Shown: positions 18,358 to 28,682, counted from the first letter of the stretch. The stretch is DNA of 64,000 nucleotides from an uncultured Clostridia bacterium (GCA_934149305.1 CAKPEF010000003.1:64268-128267), one strand, 5' to 3'. Notes: a model not told the origin generated them from the letters alone. Program-made: numbers and translations.

Positions 18358-20283
18358 ATGGAAAAGACATTTCAAGCATTAGAATTTGATAAAATATTAA
18401 ATAAATTAGAAGAATTAGCATTAACTGAAAATGCGAAAAAAAGAATTAGAAATTTGCAAATTTATCTATCTGAAGATGAATTAAAAGCGAGAATGAATGA
18501 AACAACAGAGGCAAAAAGAGTGTTAGAAGAAGTTGGAACACCAGCACTTGTTTCAATGAAGGATATAGATAGGATATTAGAAATAGCAAGCAAAGGTGGC
18601 ATGTTAACTGCCGAAGAATTAGAGTATATTGCTACAACGTTAAAATCAATAAATAGATTAAAAGACTTCTTAAATCGTGCAAAAAAAATAGAAGTTTCAA
18701 TATCATATTTTGCAGATGAAATAATTGATTTAGAAGAAGTAAGAGAAGAAATAGACCGTTGCATAAAAGATGGAAAGATTTTAGATAATGCAACAAGCGA
18801 TTTGAAAGATATAAGAAGAAATATTATAAACTTAGAAGAAAAGCTAAAGCAAAAAGCTGATTCAATATTGCTTGCCAATAAAAAGTATTGCTCAGAAGAT
18901 TATACTACAATAAAGGGTGGACATGTTTGTATTCCAATAAAAAAAGAGTATAAAAACAAAATAGAAGGAAGTGTAATAGAAAAATCTAGAACAGGTGGAA
19001 CTTTATTTATAGAACCAGTACAAGTTGAAAAAATAAGCACAGAACTTTCAAGTTTAAAATTAGAAGAAGAGAATGAAGAAATAAAAATACTTTATATGCT
19101 TACTTCTAGTTTGTCTGAATGTTTTGATATATTTACTAAAAATAAAAGAATAATAGAAGAGTTAGATTTTATATTTGCCAAAGCTAAACTAAGTGTCGAT
19201 TTAAATGGTATTGAACCCAAAATAAATACCAAAAGATATATAAAAATAGAAAAAGCTAGACACCCACTTATAGATAAAACAGCATGCGTGCCACTCGATT
19301 TCGAGATTGGCGAAAATGCAAATGGTATAATAATAACAGGACCAAATACAGGTGGAAAAACTGTATGCATAAAAACTGTAGGGCTATTTTGTTTGATGGC
19401 TCAATGTGGACTTCATGTGCCAGCAGAGAATGCAGATATTTGTATGAATAATGATATCTTTTGTGATATAGGAGATGGACAAGATATAAATCAAAATCTA
19501 TCTACATTTTCAGCACATATATCAAATATATTACAAATATTAAGCAAGGTAACAAATGAATCTTTGGTAATACTAGATGAACTTGGGAGCGGAACAGATC
19601 CACTTGAAGGTATGGGAATAGCAATTGCTATATTGGAAGAATTAAGAAAAAAGAATTGTTTGTTTTTAGTAACCACTCATTATGCAGAAGTAAAAGAATA
19701 CGGAGAAAAAGCAGATGGGGTAATAAACAGTAGAATGGCATTTGATAGAGCAACATTAAAACCACTTTACAAATTAGAAATAGGAAAATCTGGTGAAAGC
19801 CAAGCACTTTATATAGCTAAAAAACTAGGAATGCCAAGAAACATAATAGAAAATGCATATAAATATTCATATAAAGAAAAGGAAATGGATAAAGAATTAT
19901 TAGAAGGGGCAGAAGAAGAAATCCTTGGTACAAGTTCTAAAAAGAAAATAAAAGAAAGCAAAGAACATAAAGAGACTTCAAAAAGAGCTGAAAGTTTTAA
20001 TATCGGTGATAGCGTAGTGGTGCATCCTGAAAATAAGATAGGAATAGTATGCAAAAAGGCAGATGAAGAGGGAAAAATTCTTGTACAAATGCAAGATGAA
20101 AAAGTGTTAATAAATCATAAAAGACTTGAACTAAAAGTGCCAGCAAGTATGTTATATCCAGAAGATTATGATTTTTCAATAATATTTGATACTGTAGAAA
20201 ATAGAAAAAAGAGACATCAGATGAGTAAAAAACATTGCGAGGGAATGACTATAAAAATAGATAAATTGAACGAGAAAATTTAG
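18358..20283 (+). CDS. mutS2: MutS2-family protein (MutS domain V ATPase) lacking a C-terminal Smr domain
   Basis: GGAGG RBS; Walker A GPNTGGKT; MutS signature ST(F/Y)..(H/E) and DELGSGTDP; TTHY; C-terminus shows no Smr motifs. Confidence 0.75.
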   Translation: MEKTFQALEFDKILNKLEELALTENAKKRIRNLQIYLSEDELKARMNETTEAKRVLEEVGTPALVSMKDIDRILEIASKGGMLTAEELEYIATTLKSINRLKDFLNRAKKIEVSISYFADEIIDLEEVREEIDRCIKDGKILDNATSDLKDIRRNIINLEEKLKQKADSILLANKKYCSEDYTTIKGGHVCIPIKKEYKNKIEGSVIEKSRTGGTLFIEPVQVEKISTELSSLKLEEENEEIKILYMLTSSLSECFDIFTKNKRIIEELDFIFAKAKLSVDLNGIEPKINTKRYIKIEKARHPLIDKTACVPLDFEIGENANGIIITGPNTGGKTVCIKTVGLFCLMAQCGLHVPAENADICMNNDIFCDIGDGQDINQNLSTFSAHISNILQILSKVTNESLVILDELGSGTDPLEGMGIAIAILEELRKKNCLFLVTTHYAEVKEYGEKADGVINSRMAFDRATLKPLYKLEIGKSGESQALYIAKKLGMPRNIIENAYKYSYKEKEMDKELLEGAEEEILGTSSKKKIKESKEHKETSKRAESFNIGDSVVVHPENKIGIVCKKADEEGKILVQMQDEKVLINHKRLELKVPASMLYPEDYDFSIIFDTVENRKKRHQMSKKHCEGMTIKIDKLNEKI

Positions 20284-20356
20284 GTAAAATGCAATAGTTT
20301 TTGCAGTTATATTATGAAGTAGATACCCAATTTTATATAAACATGTCACAAAAAAA

Positions 20357-20388
20357 TACCTGTATTTAAGCAATACAGGTATTTTTGG
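20357..20388. terminator. bidirectional hairpin shared by mutS2 (+) and ssrA (-)
   Basis: ATACCTGTATT-taagc-AATACAGGTAT with T-run on the plus strand and A/T-run on the minus strand. Confidence 0.65.
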
Positions 20389-20736
20389 TGGAGATGAGGA
20401 GAATCGAACTCCTGTCCAAAAACCCTTTCATATAAACTTCTCCGAGTGCAGTTTATCTTTTAAAATTCCCTAGAATAAACGAGGACAAACACCCTTTTAT
20501 TTTCGGTAACTTTATAAATACCTACTATCTCAAAGTTTTGATAGCTTCGGTTCTACTTTAATCGACGCCTGATTCAAGCCAAGTAGACAAGCTTGGTCAA
20601 ACGTAGCCGCAACTAGGCAGCTAAAGCAACTTTATTGTTGTTAATTATTTATATTTCTCGTTTTTTTAGATGGCCGACGAGAATCCATCACTCGCTATTT
20701 ATACTGCTAGGCATCTGTCGAAACCATTGCATCCCC
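20386..20736 (-). ncRNA. ssrA: tmRNA (transfer-messenger RNA)
   Basis: Minus-strand 5' end GGGGATGCAATGGTTTCGACAG and 3' end GGACAGGAGTTCGATTCTCCTCATCTCCACCA (tRNA-Ala-like acceptor with G3:U70); internal tag frame ends ..NNNKVALAA-UAG (stop at 20613-20615). Confidence 0.85.
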
Positions 20737-20750
20737 ATGAATACAAAAAT

Positions 20751-20779
20751 ATTATAGCAAAATATTATAAAGTATTCAA
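20751..20779 (-). promoter_or_regulatory. sigma-A promoter for ssrA (TTGAAT-17-TATAAT, minus strand)
   Basis: Reverse complement of 20751-20779 reads TTGAAT..17 nt..TATAAT about 14 nt upstream of the mature tmRNA 5' end. Confidence 0.5.
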
Positions 20780-20830
20780 GTACACAAGAGCAAAATAGAT
20801 ATGAAAGATAAAAATATAGTTACTATTTAG

Positions 20831-20910
20831 TCTTCAAAATAAAAGTATATATCAAATGTAAATGTGTGCTATAAAAATGTCGAGGAGCTTAGGTGTGCTC
20901 CATAAAAACA
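20831..20910 (+). repeat. about 80-bp direct repeat (copy 2) containing a GTGCTCCATAAAA core
   Basis: TCTTCAAAATAAAAGTATATATCAAATGTAAATGTGTGCTATAAAAATGTCGAGGAGCTTAGGTGTGCTCCATAAAAACA. Confidence 0.9.
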
Positions 20911-21080
20911 ATACTGGTAGGTGCTTGTTTAATTTAAGGTTGAATAGTAATCAGTAACAAAATATTTTATGTGAAAATTTAAAAATATTATACAATTTTT
21001 AAAGTCATTGTGATATAATCTAAAAGAACTTGAAATGCATGCTTGCGTAAGTGATAAAGAGAGAAAGTGGAGTGATAAAA

Positions 21081-21833
21081 TTGGGACAAGCAGATAGAAT
21101 ATCTCAAATAAAAGCTGTTTATAATTTTAGAAAATCAATTCTAAAACATAAAAGAATTGCGAAAGCTTTAATAGGCTCATTGATGATTATTTCTGCTGGC
21201 GCATTTTATGTATTAGTATATGCAAAAGATACAGTGAAGGTGTACAATGAAAAAACAGAGGGATTAGCTGTAGGAATACAAAATTTAGAAAACGAGAAAA
21301 GCTATATAGAAAATCAAAAAGAAGAAATTGAAAAAAAGCAAGAAGAAATAAAATCTGAACAAGAAAGATTGTACACAGAAGCAGAACAATTGGCTAAAAA
21401 TAATCAAAGTTTAATAGAAGAAAATATGAGACTTCAAGATTCTTTGAAACTTGCTGCTTCCGTAGGAATTGAACCACAAAATTTTGGCACTGCAGATAAG
21501 GCTGATACAGCTGTTGATTATGATAAATTAGATTATGTTGGTGAATTTGAGGGAACTGCATATACGCCAAGCCCAGATGAGTGTAGCAATAATTTAGGCT
21601 ATACAGCATCAGGTAAACCGATTGTAGCCGGTGTATCAATTGCAGTTGACACAAAATATTGGAAACTTGGAACCGAATTTTATATAGAAGGTTTAGGCTA
21701 TGTGGTAGCGATGGATACGGGTAGTGCTGTTAAAGGAAAGTACAGATTTGACTATGCAGTATTTGATAAATCTTTTGCATATAAACTTGGTAGAAGAAAA
21801 TGGAAAGTTTATTTAGTAAAAGGTGATGAATAG
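21081..21833 (+). CDS. 3D-domain cell-wall-binding protein (MltA/Rpf-like 3D domain) with TM anchor and coiled coil
   Basis: C-terminal 3D domain GTAYTPSPDECS..GKPIVAGVSIAVDTKYWKLGTEFYIEGLGYVVAMDTGSAVKG; start uncertain (TTG 21081 with GGAG 10 nt upstream versus GTG 21051). Confidence 0.65.
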   Translation: MGQADRISQIKAVYNFRKSILKHKRIAKALIGSLMIISAGAFYVLVYAKDTVKVYNEKTEGLAVGIQNLENEKSYIENQKEEIEKKQEEIKSEQERLYTEAEQLAKNNQSLIEENMRLQDSLKLAASVGIEPQNFGTADKADTAVDYDKLDYVGEFEGTAYTPSPDECSNNLGYTASGKPIVAGVSIAVDTKYWKLGTEFYIEGLGYVVAMDTGSAVKGKYRFDYAVFDKSFAYKLGRRKWKVYLVKGDE

Positions 21834-21847
21834 AATCTTAAAAGTTG

Positions 21848-21886
21848 CTTTGCAAATAAAATAAGCAAAGCAATTTTCATTAAACG
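21848..21886 (+). terminator. rho-independent terminator
   Basis: TTGCTTTGC-aaataaaataa-GCAAAGCAA plus TTTT. Confidence 0.65.
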
Positions 21887-21940
21887 ACTTTTACCAATCT
21901 TGTGTGGTAGCGTAAGTTAGTTTGTGCAAAAGAAAAAATA

Positions 21941-22003
21941 TAGCTTAAAATCGGGTGTGCTCCATAAAATTGGTGGACACAACTAAACAAAAATAGGGGG
22001 AAT
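21941..22003 (+). repeat. GTGCTCCATAAAA family copy with leader and RBS upstream of corA
   Basis: TAGCTTAAAATCGGGTGTGCTCCATAAAATTGGTGGACACAACTAAACAAAAATAGGGGGAATATG. Confidence 0.8.
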
Positions 22004-22009
22004 ATGCAT

Positions 22010-22957
22010 ATGATGAAAATATATAAAACACTTGATGAACAAGGATTTTTTAGAGAGCAAACAAAACTTGAAAAAGGTTGCTGGATAAATCTTATCAATC
22101 CTACAGCTCAAGAGATAAATACGCTTTGCAATTCTATCGGAGTGCGCGAGGAATTTATAAGATATCCGCTAGATCAAGAAGAAAAAGCAAGAATAGATGT
22201 TGAAGATGACCAAACTCTTATAGTAATTGATTTGCCAACTGTTGAAAAAAATGATGGAGAAATAGAAGGATTTACAACAGTGCCAATAGGTATGATAGTT
22301 GTAAGAGATGATTATTTTATTACAGTATGCACAATGGAGTCTCCAATATTGAAAGAATTCATAGATTGTAGAGTTAAAGGTTTTTATACATTCAAAAAAA
22401 CACGCTTTATATTACAGATTTTATATAAAACAGCAGTGTATTATTTGAATTATTTAAAATTCATAAATAGAGAGACCGACAAAGCAGAAAATAGACTTCA
22501 AAAATCAATGAGAAATCAAGAACTTATTAGACTTTTAGAATTAGAAAAAAGCTTGGTGTATTTTACAACATCACTAAAATCAAACGAAATAGTAATGGAA
22601 AAGTTGATGCGTTCTAAATTCATAAAAATGTACGAAGAAGATGAAGATATACTAGAAGATGCTATTATCGAAAATAGACAAGCTATAGAAATGGGAACAA
22701 TATATAGAGATATTTTGAGCGGAACAATGGATGCATATGCTTCAGTTATATCAAACAACCTAAATATAGTAATGAAATTTTTGGCATCTGTAACTATAGT
22801 TATTTCAATTCCTACAATAGTATCTAGTATATGGGGAATGAATGTAGCAGGATTGCCTTTTGCAGAAGATGCATTTGGATTTATAAAAGTAATGGGAATC
22901 GCATTTTTAACATCGCTTATAGCATGGGTTTGGCTAAAAAAGAAAGACATGTTTTAA
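22010..22957 (+). CDS. corA: CorA family magnesium/cobalt transporter
   Basis: GMN signature (SIWGMNVAGLP) and two C-terminal TM helices; start ATG 22010 preferred (AGGGGGAAT then 9 nt), the track start is 22004. Confidence 0.85.
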   Translation: MMKIYKTLDEQGFFREQTKLEKGCWINLINPTAQEINTLCNSIGVREEFIRYPLDQEEKARIDVEDDQTLIVIDLPTVEKNDGEIEGFTTVPIGMIVVRDDYFITVCTMESPILKEFIDCRVKGFYTFKKTRFILQILYKTAVYYLNYLKFINRETDKAENRLQKSMRNQELIRLLELEKSLVYFTTSLKSNEIVMEKLMRSKFIKMYEEDEDILEDAIIENRQAIEMGTIYRDILSGTMDAYASVISNNLNIVMKFLASVTIVISIPTIVSSIWGMNVAGLPFAEDAFGFIKVMGIAFLTSLIAWVWLKKKDMF

Positions 22958-23110
22958 ATTATGATTAGACAGTAACAACTTGACAGCAAAAAGAAAAATT
23001 TGTTTGCTTCAAATGTTGACAAGAACGAATTTTTGTGATACCCTAAAAACAGTTAAAAGGGCGGTAGTGTAAAATAGCTTACGAAAATACCAAATACACT
23101 GCTTAAAAAA

Positions 23111-23139
23111 GTAGAGGAGCTTAAGCCAAGCTCCATAAA
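23111..23139 (+). repeat. GGAGC..GCTCC palindromic variant of the repeat overlapping the lexA RBS
   Basis: GTAGAGGAGCTTAAGCCAAGCTCCATAAAGGAGAG. Confidence 0.6.
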
Positions 23140-23151
23140 GGAGAGAAAAAG

Positions 23152-23784
23152 ATGAAAGATTCTGCTAAAGCAACTGATAAGCAACAAAGAGTGCTAGATT
23201 ATGTTAAAAAACAAATAAAAGAAGAAGGATATGCTCCATCTGTCAGAGAAATATGCAAGGCTTTAGATTTAAAATCAACCTCAACAGTACACGGTTACTT
23301 AGCTAGATTAAAGAAAAAAGGTTTAATAGAAAAGGTTGATATGAAATCAAGAACAATAAGACTAGTTGATGAAGATGGTAAAAGTCAAAAACCATTTTTT
23401 ACTTCAAAAGAAATGGTTGATGTGCCAATAGTAGGAAAGGTTACAGCGGGAATGCCAATATTAGCAGTAGAAAATGTAGAAGATTCATTCCCATTACCAC
23501 TTGATTTTACAGGAAACGGCGAAACATTCATGCTAAAAGTTAGAGGCGAAAGCATGATTGATGCAGGTATTCTTGATGGTGATTTCATTTTAGTAAAAAA
23601 ACAAGATAACGCTCAAAATGGAGATATTGTTGTGGCTTTGATAGAAGATGAAGCAACAGTTAAAAAATTTTATAAAGAAAAAGGTCATGTAAGATTGCAA
23701 CCACAAAACCAATTTATGCAACCAATAATTGTTCCAACATGTTCAATACTTGGAAAAGTTGTTGGAGTATTCAGAAAATTATAA
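23152..23784 (+). CDS. lexA: LexA repressor
   Basis: N-terminal wHTH SVREICKALDLKSTSTVHGYLARLKKKG; Ala-Gly cleavage site (VTAGMP); S24 peptidase Ser/Lys (GESM..K). Confidence 0.9.
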   Translation: MKDSAKATDKQQRVLDYVKKQIKEEGYAPSVREICKALDLKSTSTVHGYLARLKKKGLIEKVDMKSRTIRLVDEDGKSQKPFFTSKEMVDVPIVGKVTAGMPILAVENVEDSFPLPLDFTGNGETFMLKVRGESMIDAGILDGDFILVKKQDNAQNGDIVVALIEDEATVKKFYKEKGHVRLQPQNQFMQPIIVPTCSILGKVVGVFRKL

Positions 23785-23805
23785 TAGATAGAATAAAAAT
23801 TCTCA

Positions 23806-23840
23806 ATCATCTCATAATATTTGTTATGAGGTGATTTTTT
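23806..23840 (+). terminator. rho-independent terminator after lexA
   Basis: ATCATCTCATAA-tatttg-TTATGAGGTGAT plus T6. Confidence 0.6.
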
Positions 23841-24017
23841 ATGAAAGATAAGAAAAATAGAGTAGGTTTAAATATGTTAAAAACAAAAGGTAAAGGTATA
23901 ATAGAAGACACAACAGAATATGGAGAATTTATACCTAGCTTTGAAGCTTGGCTTACGCCCGAAGAACAAAAAAGAATAGCTAGACATTTGGAAAATAGTA
24001 CAAATGATGAAGAATAA
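23841..24017 (+). CDS. small hypothetical protein (58 aa) downstream of lexA
   Basis: ORF below the track's length cutoff; GGTGA 7 nt upstream of ATG; MKDKKNRVGLNMLKTKGKG..; composition coding-like; speculative. Confidence 0.3.
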   Translation: MKDKKNRVGLNMLKTKGKGIIEDTTEYGEFIPSFEAWLTPEEQKRIARHLENSTNDEE

Positions 24018-24092
24018 CAGTATTTTTGTAAGATTATAACAAGCCTCCTTGCCTATATAAACTTGGCAAGGAAAAATTTTTAAAAAAATCTA

Positions 24093-24148
24093 TTGACAAA
24101 TATAAAAAAAGGAGTAAAATAATAAATTGAAAGTCAAAGAAAGTCAAA
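24093..24148 (+). promoter_or_regulatory. ctsR promoter with CtsR operator (tandem AGTCAAA heptads)
   Basis: TTGACA 24093-24098, 16 nt spacer, TAAAAT; AGTCAAA-gaa-AGTCAAA at 24131-24147 matches the CtsR box consensus (A/GGTCAAANANA/GGTCAAA). Confidence 0.75.
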
Positions 24149-24189
24149 GTGAAACAAAGGGCAAAAAGTAGAAAAAAGGAGGCGAGACC

Positions 24190-24637
24190 ATTGAGGCTTT
24201 CAGAAGTAATTGAAGCATATATAAAAAAGATGATGGCTGATAATGATGATTTTTTTGAATTTGGCAGAAATGAGTTGGCTGAGTATTTTAATTGTGTTCC
24301 TTCACAAATAAATTATGTGTTAGCAACTAGATTTAATCCTGAGAGAGGTTATTATGTTGAAAGCAGAAAAGGCGGTGGCGGAAACATTAAGATTAAAAGA
24401 GTTGATATGACAAAAAATGATTACATCATGCATATAATTAGTTCTATACATGGTAGTTTAACTCAGCAAGAGGCGGGCATAATTATAAAGAACATGTTAG
24501 AATACAATATCATAAATGAAGAAATTGCAAAACTTATGAAAATTGCAACTAATGATAAGGTTCTTGGTCTACCGGTTGAATATAAAGATGATGTTAGAAC
24601 TAGAATCTTAAAAAATATGCTTATAAATTTAGTGTAA
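24190..24637 (+). CDS. ctsR: transcriptional repressor CtsR
   Basis: GGAGG 24177-24181 then TTG 24190; LSEVIEAYIKKMM..QINYVLATRFNPERGYYVESRKGGGGNIKI CtsR wHTH and Gly-rich loop; the track start 24149 spans the RBS. Confidence 0.8.
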
Positions 24638-24692
24638 GTACGCTTAAATAAAAAAATAATAGATTGTTATTTATGGGATAGGAGTGATATTT

Positions 24693-25205
24693 ATGAAATG
24701 TCAAAAATGTGGAATGAATGAAGCAAATGTAAGTTATACAGAAATTATAAATGGTAAAAAGGCACATGTCGTTTTGTGCGATAAATGTGCAAATGAAATG
24801 AATATAGGAATGAATTTTAATTTCGATTTTAATGATGTTTTTGGAGCATTTTTTAATGAGCCAAGTTTTGCAAAATCATTAGGTCATGCAAATGCATTGG
24901 AATGCGGAAATTGCGAGACAACATATGATGAATTTGCTAATACTGGAATGTTTGGCTGTGAAGAATGCTATGATGTTTTTAGTGATAAACTAGATAATAT
25001 TTTGCCAAGACTTCAAGGCAGTAATAGACATATAGGAAGAAGATTAAATGGTATAAACCAAAATGTAAAACAAAAAGAGAAAAAAGAAAAAACAGAATTA
25101 GAAAAATTGCAAGAAGAGTTGAAAAAGTGCGTAGAAAAAGAAGAATATGAAAAGGCGGCTGTTATAAGAGATAAAATCAAAAAACTTGAATCAGATAAAA
25201 AATAA
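24693..25205 (+). CDS. mcsA: McsA (UvrB/C motif zinc-finger activator of McsB)
   Basis: CxxC zinc-finger pairs (CQKCG, CDKCA, CGNCE, CEEC); C-terminal UVR motif EYEKAAVIRDKIKKLE. Confidence 0.8.
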   Translation: MKCQKCGMNEANVSYTEIINGKKAHVVLCDKCANEMNIGMNFNFDFNDVFGAFFNEPSFAKSLGHANALECGNCETTYDEFANTGMFGCEECYDVFSDKLDNILPRLQGSNRHIGRRLNGINQNVKQKEKKEKTELEKLQEELKKCVEKEEYEKAAVIRDKIKKLESDKK

Positions 25206-25225
25206 AAAAGAGGTGAATAAAAAAA

Positions 25226-26236
25226 GTGAGTTGGTATTTAGAAGATGGAAAAGATAGCGATATAGTAATAAGTAGCAGAATTAGAATCGCAAGGAATATA
25301 CATGGCAAAAAGTTTGTGGGGCATGCAACTGATGAAGAGCTACAAGAAATACTCGAACTTGTAAAAAATAATGTAAAGTTAGAAAATTTACATTTTATGA
25401 AACTTAAAGATTTAGATGAGTTAATGCAGGAAAGTTTAGTTGAAAAACATATTATAAGTAAAGATTTATTAAATGTAAAAGATGCAGGAATATTACTAAA
25501 TGATGAAGAGAATATAGCAATTATGATAAATGAAGAAGATCATTTAAGAATACAAATTATGAAAGCAGGTTTTGAATTAGAATCTGCGTTAAAAGAAGCA
25601 ATAGAAATTGATGAAAAAATATCTTCTAAACTAGAATATGCATATAATGAAAATTATGGTTTCTTGACAGCGTGTCCAACAAATGTAGGAACAGGACTAA
25701 GAGCATCTGTAATGTTACATTTACCTGCGCTTAGAATAACAGGAAGAATAGAAAAAGTGCTAGAGGTTATAAATAAGGTAAATCTTAATGTGAGAGGCGT
25801 TTATGGTGAAGGTACAGAAGCAATAGGAGATTTGTATCAAGTATCTAACAAAATAAGTTTGGGTGTCACTGAAGAAGAAATTATAGAAAATGTGAATGTG
25901 GTAGTAAATAAAGTAATAGAACAAGAAAGAAAAGCAAGAGAGTATTTAAAAAATAAAGGCATAGAAGTAGAAGACAAAATATATAGAAGCTTTGGAAACT
26001 TGTTATATGCAAGAAAAATGTCATATTCAGAATGTGCAAAACTTATATCAATTGTTAGAATGGGCATAAGTATGGGAATAATAACAGAGATAGATAACGA
26101 AAAATTAAACAAAATAAATATTCTTACTAAACCAGCTACACTTCAAAAATACCTAAAGAAAGAGCTAAATCCAGAAGAAAGAGATGTGGAAAGAACAAAA
26201 GTGATAAAGCAAATAATAGAAAGTAAGGAGGAATAA
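25226..26236 (+). CDS. mcsB: protein arginine kinase McsB (ATP:guanido phosphotransferase)
   Basis: Phosphagen-kinase motif CPTNVGTGLRAS; position between mcsA and clpC; GTG start after AGAGGTGA. Confidence 0.85.
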   Translation: MSWYLEDGKDSDIVISSRIRIARNIHGKKFVGHATDEELQEILELVKNNVKLENLHFMKLKDLDELMQESLVEKHIISKDLLNVKDAGILLNDEENIAIMINEEDHLRIQIMKAGFELESALKEAIEIDEKISSKLEYAYNENYGFLTACPTNVGTGLRASVMLHLPALRITGRIEKVLEVINKVNLNVRGVYGEGTEAIGDLYQVSNKISLGVTEEEIIENVNVVVNKVIEQERKAREYLKNKGIEVEDKIYRSFGNLLYARKMSYSECAKLISIVRMGISMGIITEIDNEKLNKINILTKPATLQKYLKKELNPEERDVERTKVIKQIIESKEE

Positions 26237-26238
26237 AT

Positions 26239-28665
26239 ATGGTATACAAATTCACAAATAGAGCCGAAAAATCAATAGAGATGGCACAAGAAATTGCGGC
26301 GGAGTTAGGACATAATTATGTAGGCACAGAACATTTACTATGCGGACTTGTGAGAGAAGGCAGTGGACTTGCATATAAAGTGCTTGCAAATCAAGGTGTG
26401 ACAGAAGAAAAGATAATAGAAATGATAGAAGAACTAATAGGCAGAGGAGAACCGTTAGATGAACTTCCTGAGGGGTATACACCAAGAACAAAAAGAGTTT
26501 TTGAAATAAGCTTTATGGAAGCAAAAAGATTAAATAATAATTATATAGGTACAGAACATATCTTGCTTGGTATAATGAAAGAGGGAGATAGTGTCGCAGT
26601 AAGAATTATAATGGATTTAGGTGTAGACATTCAAAAAATGTTTTCAGAACTTTTAAAAACATTAACAGAAGAAAATGCTGGCAATCCAAATCCAAATGCT
26701 AAAAGCAAACAAAGCTATAATCAAACACCAACATTAAATCAATTCGGTAAAGATTTGACTAATGAGGCAATCGAAGGAAAACTTGACCCAATCATAGGCA
26801 GAGAAAATGAAATCGAAAGAATTATTCAAATACTTAGCAGAAGAACTAAAAACAATCCATGCTTAATAGGTGAACCAGGTGTTGGTAAGACAGCTGTTGT
26901 AGAGGCTTTAGCAGAAAAGATTGTTAGCGGTGAAGTCCCTGAAAATCTAAAGGATAAAAGAGTAGTTTCACTTGATGTTTCTTCAATGGTAGCAGGTGCA
27001 AAATACAGAGGTGATTTCGAAGACAGACTTAAGAAATGTCTTGCTGAAATTAAAAAGAGTGGAAATGTTATATTGTTCATAGATGAGATTCATACAATTG
27101 TTGGTGCTGGTGCTGCAGAAGGTGCAATAGATGCGGCTAATATTTTAAAACCACTATTAGCAAGGGCTGAAATACAAGTAATCGGTGCAACAACTTTGAA
27201 TGAATATAGAAAGTATATAGAAAAAGATGCTGCTCTTGAAAGAAGATTTCAACCAGTTACAGTTGGCGAGCCAACTCAAGAAGAAACAATAGAGATTTTG
27301 AAAGGCATTAGAGATAAATATGAAGCACATCACAAAGTAAAGATAACTGATGAGGCTATTAAGGCGGCAGTAGAGCTTTCTTCAAGATATATAAATGATA
27401 GATATTTGCCAGATAAAGCAATTGACTTAATGGATGAAGCTGCATCAAAAGTAAAACTAGCTTCATTAACTGCTCCAAAAGAGGTTAAGAAGATTGAAGA
27501 AAAAATAGGTGAAATAGTAAAAGAAAAAGAAGATGCAATAAATGTTCAAGATTTCGAGAAAGCAGCAAAATTAAGAGATAAAGAGCAAAAAGAAAAAGAA
27601 AAATTAGAAAAAGTTAAACTAGAATGGGAGCAAAAGAACCAAATCAAAGAAACAAAAGTAACTGAAGAAGATATAGCCGGAATTGTTTCAAACTGGACTG
27701 GAGTTCCTGTTGTAAAATTAACAGAGGCAGAAGCCGATAAATTAAAGAATTTGGAGGCTGAGCTTCATAAGAGAGTAATTGGTCAAGATGAAGCAATTGT
27801 CGCAGTTGCAAAGGCTATAAGAAGAGGAAGAGTTGGACTAAAAGATCCAAAGAGACCAATTGGTTCATTTATCTTCTTAGGACCTACAGGTGTTGGTAAA
27901 ACCGAGACTTGTAAAGCACTTGCAGAATGCTTATTTGGAAACGAAAATGCAATGATAAGAGTTGATATGTCTGAGTATATGGAGAAACACACAGTTGCTA
28001 AACTAATTGGTGCACCTCCAGGATATGTAGGATATGAAGAAGGCGGACAATTAACTGAAAAAGTTAGAAGAAAACCTTATAGCGTAATTTTATTCGATGA
28101 GATTGAAAAAGCGCATCCAGATGTATTCAACATATTACTTCAAATCTTAGAAGATGGTAGACTTACAGATTCTCAAGGAAGAACAGTAGATTTCAAAAAT
28201 ACAGTAATTATAATGACATCAAATATAGGTGCAAGAAGTATTGTTGAGAATAAGACAATCGGATTTAATGACGAAGAAAGCAAGAAGAAAAACTATGATC
28301 AAATTAAAGAAAATGTAATGTCAGAATTAAAGAAAGAATTCAGACCAGAATTTTTAAACAGAATAGATGAGATTATAGTATTTAAACCATTAGACGAAAA
28401 AGAAATTGAGAAGATTGTTGATCTTATGCTTACTGCAGCTACAAAGAGACTTGAAGGTAGAGATATCGAAGTTTCTGTTACAGATGAGCTTAAGAAATAT
28501 ATTGCAAAGAAAGGCTTTGATGTAACATATGGCGCAAGACCTTTAAGAAGAGCAATTCAAAATCTTGTAGAAGACAAATTGGCAGAAGAAATCTTAGATG
28601 GAAAAATCAAAGATGGAGACAAAGTAAAATTAACTTATCAAGATGGAGAAGTGAAAATAGTCTAA
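26239..28665 (+). CDS. clpC: ATP-dependent Clp protease ATP-binding subunit ClpC
   Basis: Two Clp N-repeats, two AAA modules ([18 protein letters not shown]), UVR linker, ClpB-D2 small domain. Confidence 0.9.
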   Translation: MVYKFTNRAEKSIEMAQEIAAELGHNYVGTEHLLCGLVREGSGLAYKVLANQGVTEEKIIEMIEELIGRGEPLDELPEGYTPRTKRVFEISFMEAKRLNNNYIGTEHILLGIMKEGDSVAVRIIMDLGVDIQKMFSELLKTLTEENAGNPNPNAKSKQSYNQTPTLNQFGKDLTNEAIEGKLDPIIGRENEIERIIQILSRRTKNNPCLIGEPGVGKTAVVEALAEKIVSGEVPENLKDKRVVSLDVSSMVAGAKYRGDFEDRLKKCLAEIKKSGNVILFIDEIHTIVGAGAAEGAIDAANILKPLLARAEIQVIGATTLNEYRKYIEKDAALERRFQPVTVGEPTQEETIEILKGIRDKYEAHHKVKITDEAIKAAVELSSRYINDRYLPDKAIDLMDEAASKVKLASLTAPKEVKKIEEKIGEIVKEKEDAINVQDFEKAAKLRDKEQKEKEKLEKVKLEWEQKNQIKETKVTEEDIAGIVSNWTGVPVVKLTEAEADKLKNLEAELHKRVIGQDEAIVAVAKAIRRGRVGLKDPKRPIGSFIFLGPTGVGKTETCKALAECLFGNENAMIRVDMSEYMEKHTVAKLIGAPPGYVGYEEGGQLTEKVRRKPYSVILFDEIEKAHPDVFNILLQILEDGRLTDSQGRTVDFKNTVIIMTSNIGARSIVENKTIGFNDEESKKKNYDQIKENVMSELKKEFRPEFLNRIDEIIVFKPLDEKEIEKIVDLMLTAATKRLEGRDIEVSVTDELKKYIAKKGFDVTYGARPLRRAIQNLVEDKLAEEILDGKIKDGDKVKLTYQDGEVKIV

Positions 28666-28682
28666 TAGATGAAGAATAGTAA

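Noticed and set aside
22958-23151. Canonical LexA (Cheo) box CGAACNNNNGTTCG upstream of lexA
   Set aside because: No GAAC-N4-GTTC is present. Only a weak GAACGAATTTTT variant was seen, which is reported as uncertain in the findings.
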